From Paecilomyces variotii (taxonomy: Eukaryota), in the NCBI GenBank assembly GCA_004022145.1, contig RCNU01000009.1: 26,813 nt of DNA; one strand, written 5' to 3'. A program made the position numbers and the translations under genes. Position 1 is the first letter of the stretch. Every line of letters begins with the position of its first letter. Of this stretch, positions 1 to 10,746 are shown piece by piece. The notes beneath the pieces were generated by a model that was not told the DNA's origin, did no database searches, and saw only the letters and a program-made list of their open reading frames with translations.

Positions 1-66
1 CACACATGGGCTCGGAGAATACCTTAAGGCCCCAACGGAGATGTGCGAAGCAGCGTTCGTAGCCAT
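1..66 (-). CDS. RFA1: 5' end (exon 1 = 66..23, then intron) of probable replication protein A 70 kDa subunit; gene continues beyond the window
   Basis: The minus strand reads ATG GCT ACG AAC GCT GCT TCG CAC ATC TCC GTT GGG GCC TTA AG|GTATTC = MATNAASHISVGAL(S), then a GT donor at 22. This resembles my recollection of Eurotiomycete RPA70 N-termini (xxASQISVGALSAIF). Two MCB boxes lie upstream. Only 14 codons are visible. Confidence 0.6.
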   Translation of the reverse strand, partial: MATNAASHISVGALRYSPSPCV

Positions 67-254
67 AACGGCGGTTGACGGGGTCCCGATGAACACGGAA
101 TCTCAGATGTCTGAAGCGCTGGTTGGTTTTCAGTTTCGGATAAATGAGATACAGTACGCCAGCAGGAGGGTATACTAGCTGGGCTTGCAGGGGAGAGAGG
201 AGTTGTCATGAAATGGCCGAGGTCGGGAACTCCTAGAGGCAAAATGGCATGAAA

Positions 255-298
255 ACGCGTTGTTTCTATGAGGGGCGCGATAAAGACTCTGGACGCGT
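255..298. promoter_or_regulatory. Pair of MluI cell-cycle boxes (ACGCGT) plus extra CGCG cores
   Basis: ACGCGT at 255-260 and 293-298, with CGCGA near 276 and 309, about 190-250 bp upstream of the minus-strand ATG at 66. MCBs are typical of fungal G1/S DNA-replication genes. Confidence 0.6.
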
Positions 299-741
299 TC
301 TAGGATCCCGCGAATAAGTGGTTATTCCCCTTTAGGTTTGGTACAATTTCTGCCTACAAGTCAAGTTGTAGACTTAGTGAGATGAATAATAATGTACAGT
401 ACCTTTTTTGCACTGCAAGCTATAAGGCTAAAATATTGAAGTAATTTAGATTTATTTTCGTACACTCAAAATTGTAATCAATAGTTATCTAATCCTTTTT
501 TTTTATTATTATCATTAACTAAGCCAGTCACCTTGTACATCAGTGCTCAAAGCTATTAACTAGGTAGCTCACTCAGTTATTCGTACTGCCCCGCCTGAGC
601 CCACTTACAACATAACTTGCGGGAAGCTTCACTCATCAAACCTGCCATTTGCTTCAACCACTGAAAATACTTCTGGTTTTGGGCAGATACTCTAGACCAG
701 AGAAGATCACCCCTCTCTTCTTATCTCATACTCAAGTCACC

Positions 742-3384
742 ATGGGGAACTGCCCTCACATCAATGCACCAGGTATGCTGAATCTTACCCCGCCTCTTAT
801 CCACCATCGTTGACTGAGATTAATGTCCTCCCTTTAGAACTAAAACCGCCCCAGCCATCGCAGCACGTCTATCGAGAGGAATGTACCCAATGCTTCGATT
901 CGGTTGTACGTACGCGACCTAAACACAGCTGATCCGGGATTGCCATAATTCAGTGTGCTTAATTGTGACAGGATAACCCCTCAGGTCTTAACGTCTGCCT
1001 CCACTGTTTCAACGGTGGCTGTTCTGACGACCGAAACCATGCCTCTCTTCATTACACGCGCTCAGGACATCCTCTGGTCTTGAATATAAAGAGATTACGG
1101 AAGAAGCTCCAGGTTGGTCTGCATCCAATACTCAAAATATCTCCCATATCTAACAGTCTAGCGGGATGAACCTCCACATAAGATTTCCAAGCTCGCCATT
1201 GCTGCAGAAACGGAAGAAGATAGGTATGAGACTATTACCAGCGTGCTTTGCTATGAATGCAAGGAAGAAAACATCGACAAGGTTTCTGGGAAACTTCCCA
1301 GTGTGATAGACGGAATCATGAAAGCCCTATCCTTCACCGAACGCGAGGAGATTAAAGCATGGGAGCAGGAGTTTGTGCCATGTGAACACACCTTGTTACT
1401 CCAGCAGCAGGAAGGCAGGAAAATCGAGTCTACAGGTAATAAGGAGTACCCTTGTCTTATACTGCAAGTTACTTATCTACTATTTAGATCTCACCCACTG
1501 TTCTATGTGTGACTTGAAAGAAAATCTTTGGCTCTGTCTCGAGTGCGGCAATCTTGGCTGCGGTAGAAGCCAATTCGGTGGCGTGGGAGGAAACTCGCAT
1601 GGTCTTGCGCATGCGAATTCTAGTTCTCATGCTGTAGCTGTCAAACTCGGCTCCATTACGGCAGATGGCTCGGCAGATATTTATTGCTATAAGTGCAATG
1701 AAGAACGGACGGATCCTGAACTTGCCTCCCATCTCGCTCACTGGGGAATAAATATAGCCGAACGGGAGAAGACCGAGAAGAGTCTTATGGAAATGCAAAT
1801 CGAACATAACATGAAATGGGAATTCTCGATGACAACCGAAGATGGGCATGAGCTGGAACCAATTTTCGGTCCCGGTTTCACCGGGCTCAAGAACCTCGGG
1901 AATAGTTGTTATCTCTCAAGTATCGTTCAATGTCTACTAGCTCTGCCGGAGTTCCAGGACAGGTATTATCATCCGCAATCAGATCCGCCTGAGTGCGCCT
2001 TCCCGGCGGAGGATCTCGAGACGCAAATGCGAAAACTGGCGGATGGGATCCTTTCAGGCAGATATTCGGGCCCTGAGACGAACATAAACGCCACGCCAGA
2101 TACTCCAGAAGTCCCTCACCAGAAAGGTCTACCGCCGGCAATGTTCAAACATCTGGTCGGTCGAGGCCACGAGGAGTTCTCTACTATGCGACAGCAAGAT
2201 GCTTTCGAGTTTTTGCTTCACCTCTTCAAGCTTGTCAGCTTATCTAGACATCCAGAACACCTTACAGACCCTGTACGGTCTTTTCGCTTTGTCGTCGAGC
2301 AGCGTCTGCAATGCCTGTCCTGCAAGCGGGTGCGTTATAGGCTCGATGAGCAGGACAACATCTCCGTTTCCGTACCTGCACGTCGCTTGCCTCCCAATAC
2401 CTACCCCTCTGAAGGATCTGAAACCGACCAATTTGAGTCTGTTACCCTAAAGGAATGCTTAGACATATTCACATCTGAAGAGACAGTTGAGCTAAAATGC
2501 CCTGCTTGTGGAAGTAATGACGGCTTTCGCAAGCGCTCTATGTTCAAGACCTTGCCCCAAGAACTGGTCATCAATGCGAGGCGTTTTGAGCTGGTAAATT
2601 GGGTTCCTACAAAACTAAACATTCCAGTTCAAGTCAATGAAGATCCGCTGGACTTCAGCAACTACCTGTCTCGTGGCCATCAAGAAGACGAAGAACTTTT
2701 GCCTGACGAAAAGAGCGAAGCATTCACTGCAAACCAGGAGGCGCTCGACCAGCTCATGAGCATGGGCTTCCCACGCGTGCGAGCCGAGAAGGCACTTCAT
2801 GCAACCGGAAACGCTGATGCGGAGGCTGCTATGAACTGGCTGTTCGCTCACATGGAAGACCCTGATATTGATGAACCATTGGTCCTTAATCAAGCCACGG
2901 CCGACCATGGTGATTTACAAGACCCAGAGAAGATTACACAACTAGGGGAAATGGGGATAGATGCACGTCGCGCTAGGAAGGCACTCGCGGCCACAGATGG
3001 TGATATCAATAGAGCGGTGGACTGGGTTTTCAGTCACCCCGATGATTCGGACAGTGCAGATAATGGCGCAATCAGCCCAGTATCAAATTCTGGAAAAGCG
3101 CGGGAAATTCCCGGGTCCGTTGATACTCCCGCTCAGTATCAACTTCGGTCTATAGTCTGTCACAAAGGCAGATCGGTCCATGCGGGGTAAGTTCAGTTCC
3201 CTTATATGTATCCTAAGGTCTATTACTCACCTGTCCTAGACACTATGTTGCCTTTGTCCGAAAAACTATACCTGGAGAGAGTGGCTTATCCTGGGTACTC
3301 TTTAACGATGAAAAGGTGGTTAAAGCACATGATATCGAGGAGATGAAAAAGTTTGCGTATTTGTATTTCTTTAGTCGTGTCTAG
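742..3384 (+). CDS. UBP14: Ubiquitin carboxyl-terminal hydrolase 14 (USP5/USP13 family), 785 aa; exons 742-772, 838-905, 972-1112, 1162-1435, 1488-3186, 3240-3384
   Basis: Five GT-AG introns join into one open frame (2358 nt). Domains: N-terminal ZnF-UBP variant ([24 protein letters not shown]), ZnF-UBP ([25 protein letters not shown]), Cys box ([13 protein letters not shown]), QQDAFEF, two UBA domains (LMSMGFP, LGEMGID), and a His box split by intron 5 ([23 protein letters not shown]). Confidence 0.96.
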
Positions 3385-3503
3385 AATGTAGTGTACTGAA
3401 GAATAATAAAAGTTCTATCGCCATAATTAACCGATTTATCTTTCATAGTATAATGACAATCTCTGATTTAGCAGAAAGAAATTAGTTAGAAAGCGGAGGA
3501 AGC

Positions 3504-3509
3504 AAAAAA
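3504..3509 (-). terminator. RNA polymerase III terminator (T6) of the tRNA-Leu gene
   Basis: A6 run on the plus strand (T6 on minus) about 15 nt downstream of the tRNA 3' end. Confidence 0.6.
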
Positions 3510-3523
3510 TTAATAAAGATAAA

Positions 3524-3625
3524 TGACAAGGGTGGGATTCGAACCCACGCCATTTTCATGACACGGAATATTATGGATCAGGTGAAACCTGAACCGTGCG
3601 CCTTAGACCACTCGGCCACCTTGCC
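3524..3625 (-). tRNA. tRNA-Leu(CAG) with a 20-nt intron (3568-3587)
   Basis: Minus strand: GGCAAGG TGGCCGAGTGGTCTAAGGC G CACGG TT CAG G [intron] T CCGTG, long variable arm, GTGGGTTCGAATCCCAC CCTTGTC A. Acceptor, D, anticodon and T stems pair. Anticodon at 3591-3589; the intron follows position 37. Confidence 0.95.
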
Positions 3626-4284
3626 TCTTGATGTTAGTGTTTTATTCTTTCCTAATTTAATAGTTACTACTAGATATAGTAAGAAGCTTATTAATTATTT
3701 ATTATAAAGCTAAATAAAGTAATAAAAATAAAGGAGTAAATTTAGCTAATAAAATATTAAATTATTTATTAGTTTAAGAAATAATTAAATATTAAAGAAT
3801 TATATAATAATTTCTTTAAATTCTTTAAATTTCTTTTTTAAATTTTTCTTTTCTTTTCTCTTTAACTTTAAGTTCTATTATATTATTATATTAAGTTAAA
3901 CTTTTTAATAAATATAATTTAATTTACTTAAAATATAATATTACTTTAAGCTTATTAATTATTATTTTATTTTACTTATTTTTAATTTTTTTTTATTTAA
4001 AAATATTATATTATTAAAAACTTATTTATCTTTAATTAAAGAAAACTTTAATTTATTAAATTAAGTCTTTACTATAATAAAGCTTATTTTTAAATTTAAT
4101 TACTTAGAGAATAAATTTAAAAGCTATAATAATTAGCTTAAATATAAATTTAAAGAAAACTAATATTTATTATATTTTAATTTATTAAAATAAAGAAATA
4201 AATAAAATTATTCTAGAAAATTTTTAAAATATATTTAAAGAAACTTTCTTAATATATAAAATTAATATTAGTATTAAGTTAAAT

Positions 4285-4450
4285 TATAGCTTAGCTTAGC
4301 TTAGCTTAACTTATTAAAACTCTTAAGTTTTATTAAAAATACTAGCTTAATTTATTAAGCTAAGCTAAAAAATTTAGCTTAATTTATTTAATTAAGCTAA
4401 AAGGTTTAACTTAACTTAACTTAAGAATTTATAAATTTAGCTTAAACCTT
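4285..4450. repeat. Cluster of GCTTA(G/A) short repeats; possible heavily RIPped terminus of a TIR element related to 14844-21483
   Basis: tatagcttagcttagc equals tatagctcggcccagc (left TIR of the 14844 element) by transitions only. gcttaa(c/t)ttatt at 4304, 4345 and 4377 resembles RIPped GCTCAGCCYACC. Confidence 0.3.
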
Positions 4451-5280
4451 ATATATATTATTATTATATAATTATTATATATAATAAAATATATATAAAA
4501 ATAAACTTAAAATTTAATTATAGTATTTTAATTATATTAATTTATATAAATTAAAAAATAAATTTAAAAATCTAATTATATATTTATAATATACTATTAC
4601 TATATTTTAATTTATAAGCTTATTCTTAGATTTTAATTATTTTATTTCTTTTTTACTTTCTTTATTATAAGTTTATTATTTAGCTAAATTTATTTTTTAA
4701 TTTTCTCTTTTTCTTAAAATATTTCTTAAACTTAACTTAAGAGTATTAATTAATTTATAAATTAAATTCTTATTTTATATAATTTAATTAAGAAATATTT
4801 TAATATTATTATAGTACTTTAGCTTAATATATAATAATAACTTATTAAAATTAACTACTTATTTCTTAAAGTTTAATAGTTTTATCTTTTTATTAAAATA
4901 TACTTAAATTATATTAATATTTAATTCTATAATAAGATTTAATATTAATTTATTTAAGTTTAATATTAGCTAGTAAAAGTTAAATAAGTTCTTTAAAAAA
5001 TAATTATAAATCTTTATAATCTTTCTTTAATTAAGCTAATAAATATAGCTTATAACTTATTATATATAGTAATTTAAGATAAAAATATTTTATAAATAAA
5101 TATTATAATAAAGACTTTATAAGTTTAAATTTATAAAATTAATATAAAAAAAGTATATTAAAATATAAAAATTTTATATTAAGTATTAAACTTCTATATT
5201 AAGACCTTTTATTTAAAATAATCTAGCTTTATATAGAAAATATAAATATTAATATTATAAAGATATAGTATAGCTTTAAT

Positions 5281-5332
5281 TATTAAGATATAAGCTTAAG
5301 AAATAGATTAAAATAAATATAATAAGGTAATT
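5281..5332 (-). mobile_element. Gypsy LTR fragment, part 1 (3' end of LTR, inverted), interrupted by copia insertion
   Basis: 5281-5332 joined to 10636-10746 (163 bp) is the gap-free reverse complement of 12803-12965, the LTR end preceding the gypsy gag. Confidence 0.8.
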
Positions 5333-5604
5333 AGTTAAAAAGAATAAGTTTAGATAGAATTTCTAGATTAATCTAATAGCTTAAAAGGCTAATAATACTT
5401 AGGGAGAAAGAGTATTAGCATATATAATAGATATAAAGTATCTCTATATATTCTTAGTTAGGGTAATAGATTTTTTATAAAGCTTAAGAAATAGTTTCTC
5501 TAAGCTGCCTAATTTTACTATAATAAAATTTTTTTTAAAGATTTTTTTAAAGTAAAATCTTAATTATATTAGAACTTATTAATTCTAACTGCTATTTTAT
5601 AATA
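5333..5604 (-). repeat. 3' LTR of copia element A
   Basis: Colinear with 10359-10630 and the same length; differences are mainly transitions. Confidence 0.9.
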
Positions 5605-5611
5605 TTTTTCT

Positions 5612-8600
5612 TTAATCTAGACTTACTAAATTAGTTAATCTTAATTAATCTAAGAATCTTAAGAAGTTTATCTTTAGCAATAGTTTAGTAAAACTATTTA
5701 CTATTATATCTTATATTTTAATAAACTTAATACTAATTTTATTCTTTTAATATAGGTTATATATATAATAGTATATAATATTAATATACTTTAATCTCTT
5801 ATAGATATAGGTATCTCTAATTAATAATAATAATGCTTAGTTATCTTTATAAACCTTAACCAGAGAATTAATAATAAAAGCTTATTCTTTTCTTATTATT
5901 AGTTTAAATTTATTTAGATTAATATAGTGCCTATATCTTATATCTCTTAAAAAAAAGGCTAATTATTAGGACTGCTTTATAGCTTAATATATAGCTATAT
6001 ATTTAGCCTCTATAATTAAAGTTATAACAGACTTTTATTTCTTACTTAATTAGCTTATTAAGCTATTAATTAAAATAAAAATATTCTCTAAGATTAATAT
6101 CTAATTAGTCTTATTTATTATATAATCTAAGTCTAAATATTTAATAAGTTACTAATCTTAATTTATATTAAACTTAAGACTAAGATATATAATTAATTAT
6201 AAGTATCTTATAAGAGACTTTAATATTTTAAAATATCTTTTAAATAGATCTAATAAATATTAACTTAATCTACCTATTATAAATATAATATCTAGTCTTA
6301 TTAAAATTATTAAATAGATTAGGCTATTAATAATCTTTTAATATTCTCTTTAGTCTATTTTTTTATTTTAAGGGCTAAATAGGTTTAGAGAGTTATATCT
6401 ATTTAATAAGATATTAACTAAATATACCTTCTTCTTACTTATTTTATATTATAATAAGAGTTCTTTAATATAATAAGATTAATCTATTATTAATATTTAG
6501 TCCTTTCTATTCTAGGTAATTTAAATATTAAAAATCTTCTTTACTTCTCCTAAGTTCTTTATCTTATATATTAATCTAAACTCTTATTTAAACTAATAAA
6601 TATTCTCTATTTGCTTTATATTAATTAAGATATTATTAATATATACTAAGAGTAAAATCCCTTTTTTTAAGTGCTATAATAAGCACAGATTAATATTAAT
6701 CTATATAAAACTTATTTTTTAAAGTATTTTTATACAGGTTTAATTTTAATTCTTTATAACCTATTTTAGGCTATATAAAAATTAAAGAACTTTTAATATT
6801 ATTCTTAGTAATATATTTATTTCTAATAAAGGTACTATATAAATCTTCTTCTTTAATATTAACTTTATAAAGGTATTATTAATATTTATAATATAATACT
6901 TATAATCCTCTATTATAATAATAGCTAAGAATATTTATAGCATATTATATTATAAAATAGGAGTAAAAATATACTTAAAATTAATACTATATTTCTAAAT
7001 AAACCCTTAGGTAATAAGATATACTTTAAGCTTTTAAAGAAAATTATCTAAGTTATACTTTATAGCTAATACTTAATAACTAGTTATAATATTAGCTCTT
7101 AATAGTAATATAATTACTTTAAAAGTTTTATTTACTTAAAATATATCTATTTTAGCTTTAAATATATTTTACTATAATTTATTCTAAATAGGGTTATTAA
7201 TTATAGTATAATATAAGTTTAAGATTAAAATATACTTCTTTACTATATATATTGCTATTATAATATTTAATACTTATTTTATATACTTCTCCTAGTCTAT
7301 ATTAATACCCAGAGGTAAGAGATTTAGTATAAATATTACTTAATATAATTTCTTAGTATCTTATTTATTATTTAGTAATTTAACTTTCTCTCTTTTATAT
7401 TTTGCTATATAGGGGATCTTTATATAAGATATAATTTATTTATTTAGCGGGGATAAGGAATTTATTTATAAGTTCTTATAATTATTTAGATTATTAGAGT
7501 AAGAATAATTAAATATCTTCTCTTATTCTATAATTTTACTATAATAAGATATTTTAATTTCTTTTTAATAAAAAACTTCTTTTTTTTTAAAAAAAAACTA
7601 AAACTTTTTTATAATTCTTCTCCTAATTTTTAATATTATTCTTCTTTTTATTTAAGAGTATATATATATTTAAGGTAATAGATTAAGTTACTAGTTAATC
7701 TTTTAAATTTTTTATTAATACTATATTTAATAATAATCTTTAAAGAATTTTAAGATCTAGATCTTTTTTTAGTTTATTTTTAAAAAACTTAGCTTAATAA
7801 GTTTTAATAGTCTTTTTTATATATAAAGCTTAAACTTTTTATTATTTATTTATTCTCTTAATATATCTTATAAAAATATAGATTTTACCTTAATCTATTA
7901 ACTTATCTCTCTATATATCTTATAATAAAGATTCTGGGTTTATATATAATATTGCCTAATATCCTTATACTTTTAAATAATTAATTAATAGCTTAACTCT
8001 AGTAAAAGCTTTCTCTAGAGATATCTAAACCTTATTAACTATTAGTCTATTTAATACTCTATTTCTAATATATATATATTAGTTTAAGCTATCTCTACCT
8101 ATAATTTAATTAAAAGGTTTAAATTTTTAAATATAACTTTTATTTCTTTTTTAATAATTTAATATACCTATTCTATAGCTTTATTTTATATTAATATATA
8201 TAGAACTATTAGTTTATAATAAATATTAAACTATTTCTTCTAGGTCTTAAAAAGATTCTTAAGTTCTAGTATATTATCTAATTATATACTAAGAATTTAA
8301 AGACCTATTATTATCTTAATCTTCTTTTTTTATTTATTTAAGATAGGGGCAATATTAGATTTAGCTCTTATTAAAAATATCTATATTTTTCTTAAAAATT
8401 ATTTATAACTATTAAAAAGTAAATATATTTATCTTTAAACTTTAGTATTTAACCGCATATATTTATATAAATAAGTTTAAGAATACTAACCTTTTATATA
8501 TTAATAGTCCCCCTTTTATTTCTAATATTAGCTATAGTATATATTATATACTAATAGTTTATTATTATTTTAATAAGTTTCTTTAATATAGTTAAGTTAT

Positions 8601-10323
8601 ATAAGTTTTTAACTTTTTTAAGTTTAAGATAGCTAATTCTCTTATATTATAATTAATACTCTTCCTTAATTTTATTTTAATAAAATAAGGGAATAATTTT
8701 ATTTTAAAAAAATTCTTTCTCTTAGTTTATAATTATAATATTAAAAGTATTTTTAACAGATAGTAGTATAATAGATATATATTATAACTTTAATATTTAG
8801 TCTAAGAAGACTCTTTTAATAATATAAACTCTATATTTAATAATATCTTAAATTATAATCTTATCTAACTTATTTAATATAAATATTATTCTTTTATTAA
8901 AATACCCGCATATATTTAACTACTAGTAGAATATCTTAGTTAATAAGAGATTTACCCTAAGATTTAATATAAGTAATATATTTTCTAAGTTTAACTTCTT
9001 TCTATTCTTATTTTTTAAAATAGCTATCTCTATATATTTTAAATATAGGATCTCTTTACCTATATAGATATATCTTTATTAAATTTAAATTAATAATCTT
9101 CTAAAGTAATAATTCTTATTAATTATATATAAATTAATATTACTATTTATATACTATTAAGATAAATTCTTATTAATAATATCTTTTAAAAAATAAATAA
9201 TTTTATATAAGATTTAGTTATTAAAAATAATTAAAGTTAAGGATTTTAATTAAGATTAGCTTTTTTTAGAGTTTAAGGTTTTTTCTGCTTTATATACCTT
9301 ATATTTTCTATTTTTTAATCTCTTGCTTTTTAAAAATTAAACCTTTTTATAAAGTTTAGTAATTAAGTTTATTATCTTTTTATCTTAGATAATAGGACTA
9401 TTAAATATTTATTTAAGAAACTTCTTTCTTTATCTTTAACTATCTCTTATATTTTTTTAAATAATAAGTAAGAATAAGCAGTCTTTAATATAATAATCTT
9501 TCTTATAGATATAATATTTAATTAAGGTTTATTTATTCTTAATAAAGAATATAATAATTAGCTTTACTTAAAGTTAGGCTTCTACCTTCTTTAAAATACT
9601 TAAGATTTTATCTATATTTAGGCTTATTTATATATTAATTGCTATTCTAGTAATAGTATATTCTTTAAATAAGGCTAAGAGTAATTATTAAATCCTGGCT
9701 TTAAATTCAGCTAAAAAAGATATATTCTTATTATATGCTTTAATTTTCTTCCCTATTAGGTTTAATTATCCCTAAATATTTAAAATTATCTATCTAGGGG
9801 TTATTTAAAATTATATATATTATTAGATAAGCTAATATTTCTAAGTAAAGAGGGATTATTTATATTTTATTTATAGTCCCTTTTATAGATTCTTTATATT
9901 AGATAAATCTATAAAATTCTCTTAATTACTATTTAAAAGATATTTAATAATCTAATATTATATAATTATATTAGTCTTTTTAAATATCTTCTTATTCTAG
10001 CTTTTTTTTTTTTAGATAATTTAATAGCGTCCCAGTAATTCTTATTAAGAAGCTATTTTTTTATATATAAGAACTATATCTTATAGTTCTCCCTTAAAAA
10101 AGTAAAAACTAATTTATCTCTTTTATTATTCTTATCTTTTATTAAAGATATAATAATAATAGGTTAATTTTTTAACCTTTAATAAGATTTAATTCTTATT
10201 AGGTTTAGTGCTTAATATAGTATTAGAATAGTCTTATTATAGATCTTCTTATATAAGAATAGCTTATTATTACTAGTTTAAACTTAAATATTTAAAATAA
10301 AATAGTTTTTACTATATAGCTAT
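5612..10323 (-). pseudogene. Copia gag-pol polyprotein relic (5' limit approximate)
   Basis: Minus-strand translations: ISLEKAFTRVKLLINYLKV*GY (integrase C-terminal, ~8020-7960), LYSLK* (LYGLKQ, ~6775), GILLLVYINNI (YVDD, ~6640), DN*A..KRLKYINIIYYY..IVNSFTKLL (RNase H DNQA..RSKHID..ADGFTKPL, ~5845-5680). Confidence 0.88.
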
Positions 10324-10358
10324 TTCTCCTAAGTTATTATAAACCTAGGCTTATAACT

Positions 10359-10630
10359 AATTAAAAAGAATAGGTTTAGATAAAATTCCTAGATTAATTT
10401 AATAGCTTAAAAGGCTAATAATACTTAGGGAAAAAGAGTATTAGCATATATAATAGATATAAAGTATCTCTATATATTCTTAGTTAAGGTAATAGATTTT
10501 TTATAAAGCTTAAGAAGTAATTTCTTTAAGCTGCCTAATTTTATCATAATAAAATTATTCTTAAAGATTTCCTTAAAGCAAAATCTTAGTTATACTAGAA
10601 TCTGCCAGTTCTAACTGCTATTTCATAATA
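10359..10630 (-). repeat. 5' LTR of copia element A
   Basis: Direct repeat of 5333-5604. Begins tattatgaaa (RIPped TGTTATGAAA) on the minus strand and abuts the PBS-like motif. Confidence 0.9.
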
Positions 10631-10635
10631 TAGTT

Positions 10636-10746
10636 AATATTAAAACTAGCTATAAGATCTCTATTTAATTAATTTAAACTAAAATAAGCTATTATAAATA
10701 AGCTTAATAAATAAGATATAATTTAAAGAGCTTAAATCTAGATTAA
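10636..10746 (-). mobile_element. Gypsy LTR fragment, part 2, between the two copia insertions
   Basis: Reverse complement of ~12803-12913. Confidence 0.8.

Larger units (their letters stand above)
5333..10630 (-). mobile_element. Full-length Ty1/copia LTR retrotransposon (5298 bp), RIP-inactivated
   Basis: 272-bp direct LTRs; 5-bp TSD taatt (5328-5332) / tagtt (10631-10635); PBS-like agttataagcct (RIPped GGTTATGAGCCC) at 10358-10347; purine tract next to the 3' LTR (5605-5613); domain order integrase-RT-RNase H on the minus strand. Confidence 0.92.

Noticed and set aside
24-242. 72-aa minus-strand ORF from the track
   Set aside because: TTG start and no recognisable protein; it overlaps the 5' region and first exon of the better-supported RPA70-like gene in another frame.
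1243-3190. Track ORFs 1243-1512 and 1373-3190 as separate genes, plus six short overlapping ORFs
   Set aside because: The first two are UBP14 exons 4 and 5 read into introns; the others are antisense or off-frame shadows of UBP14.
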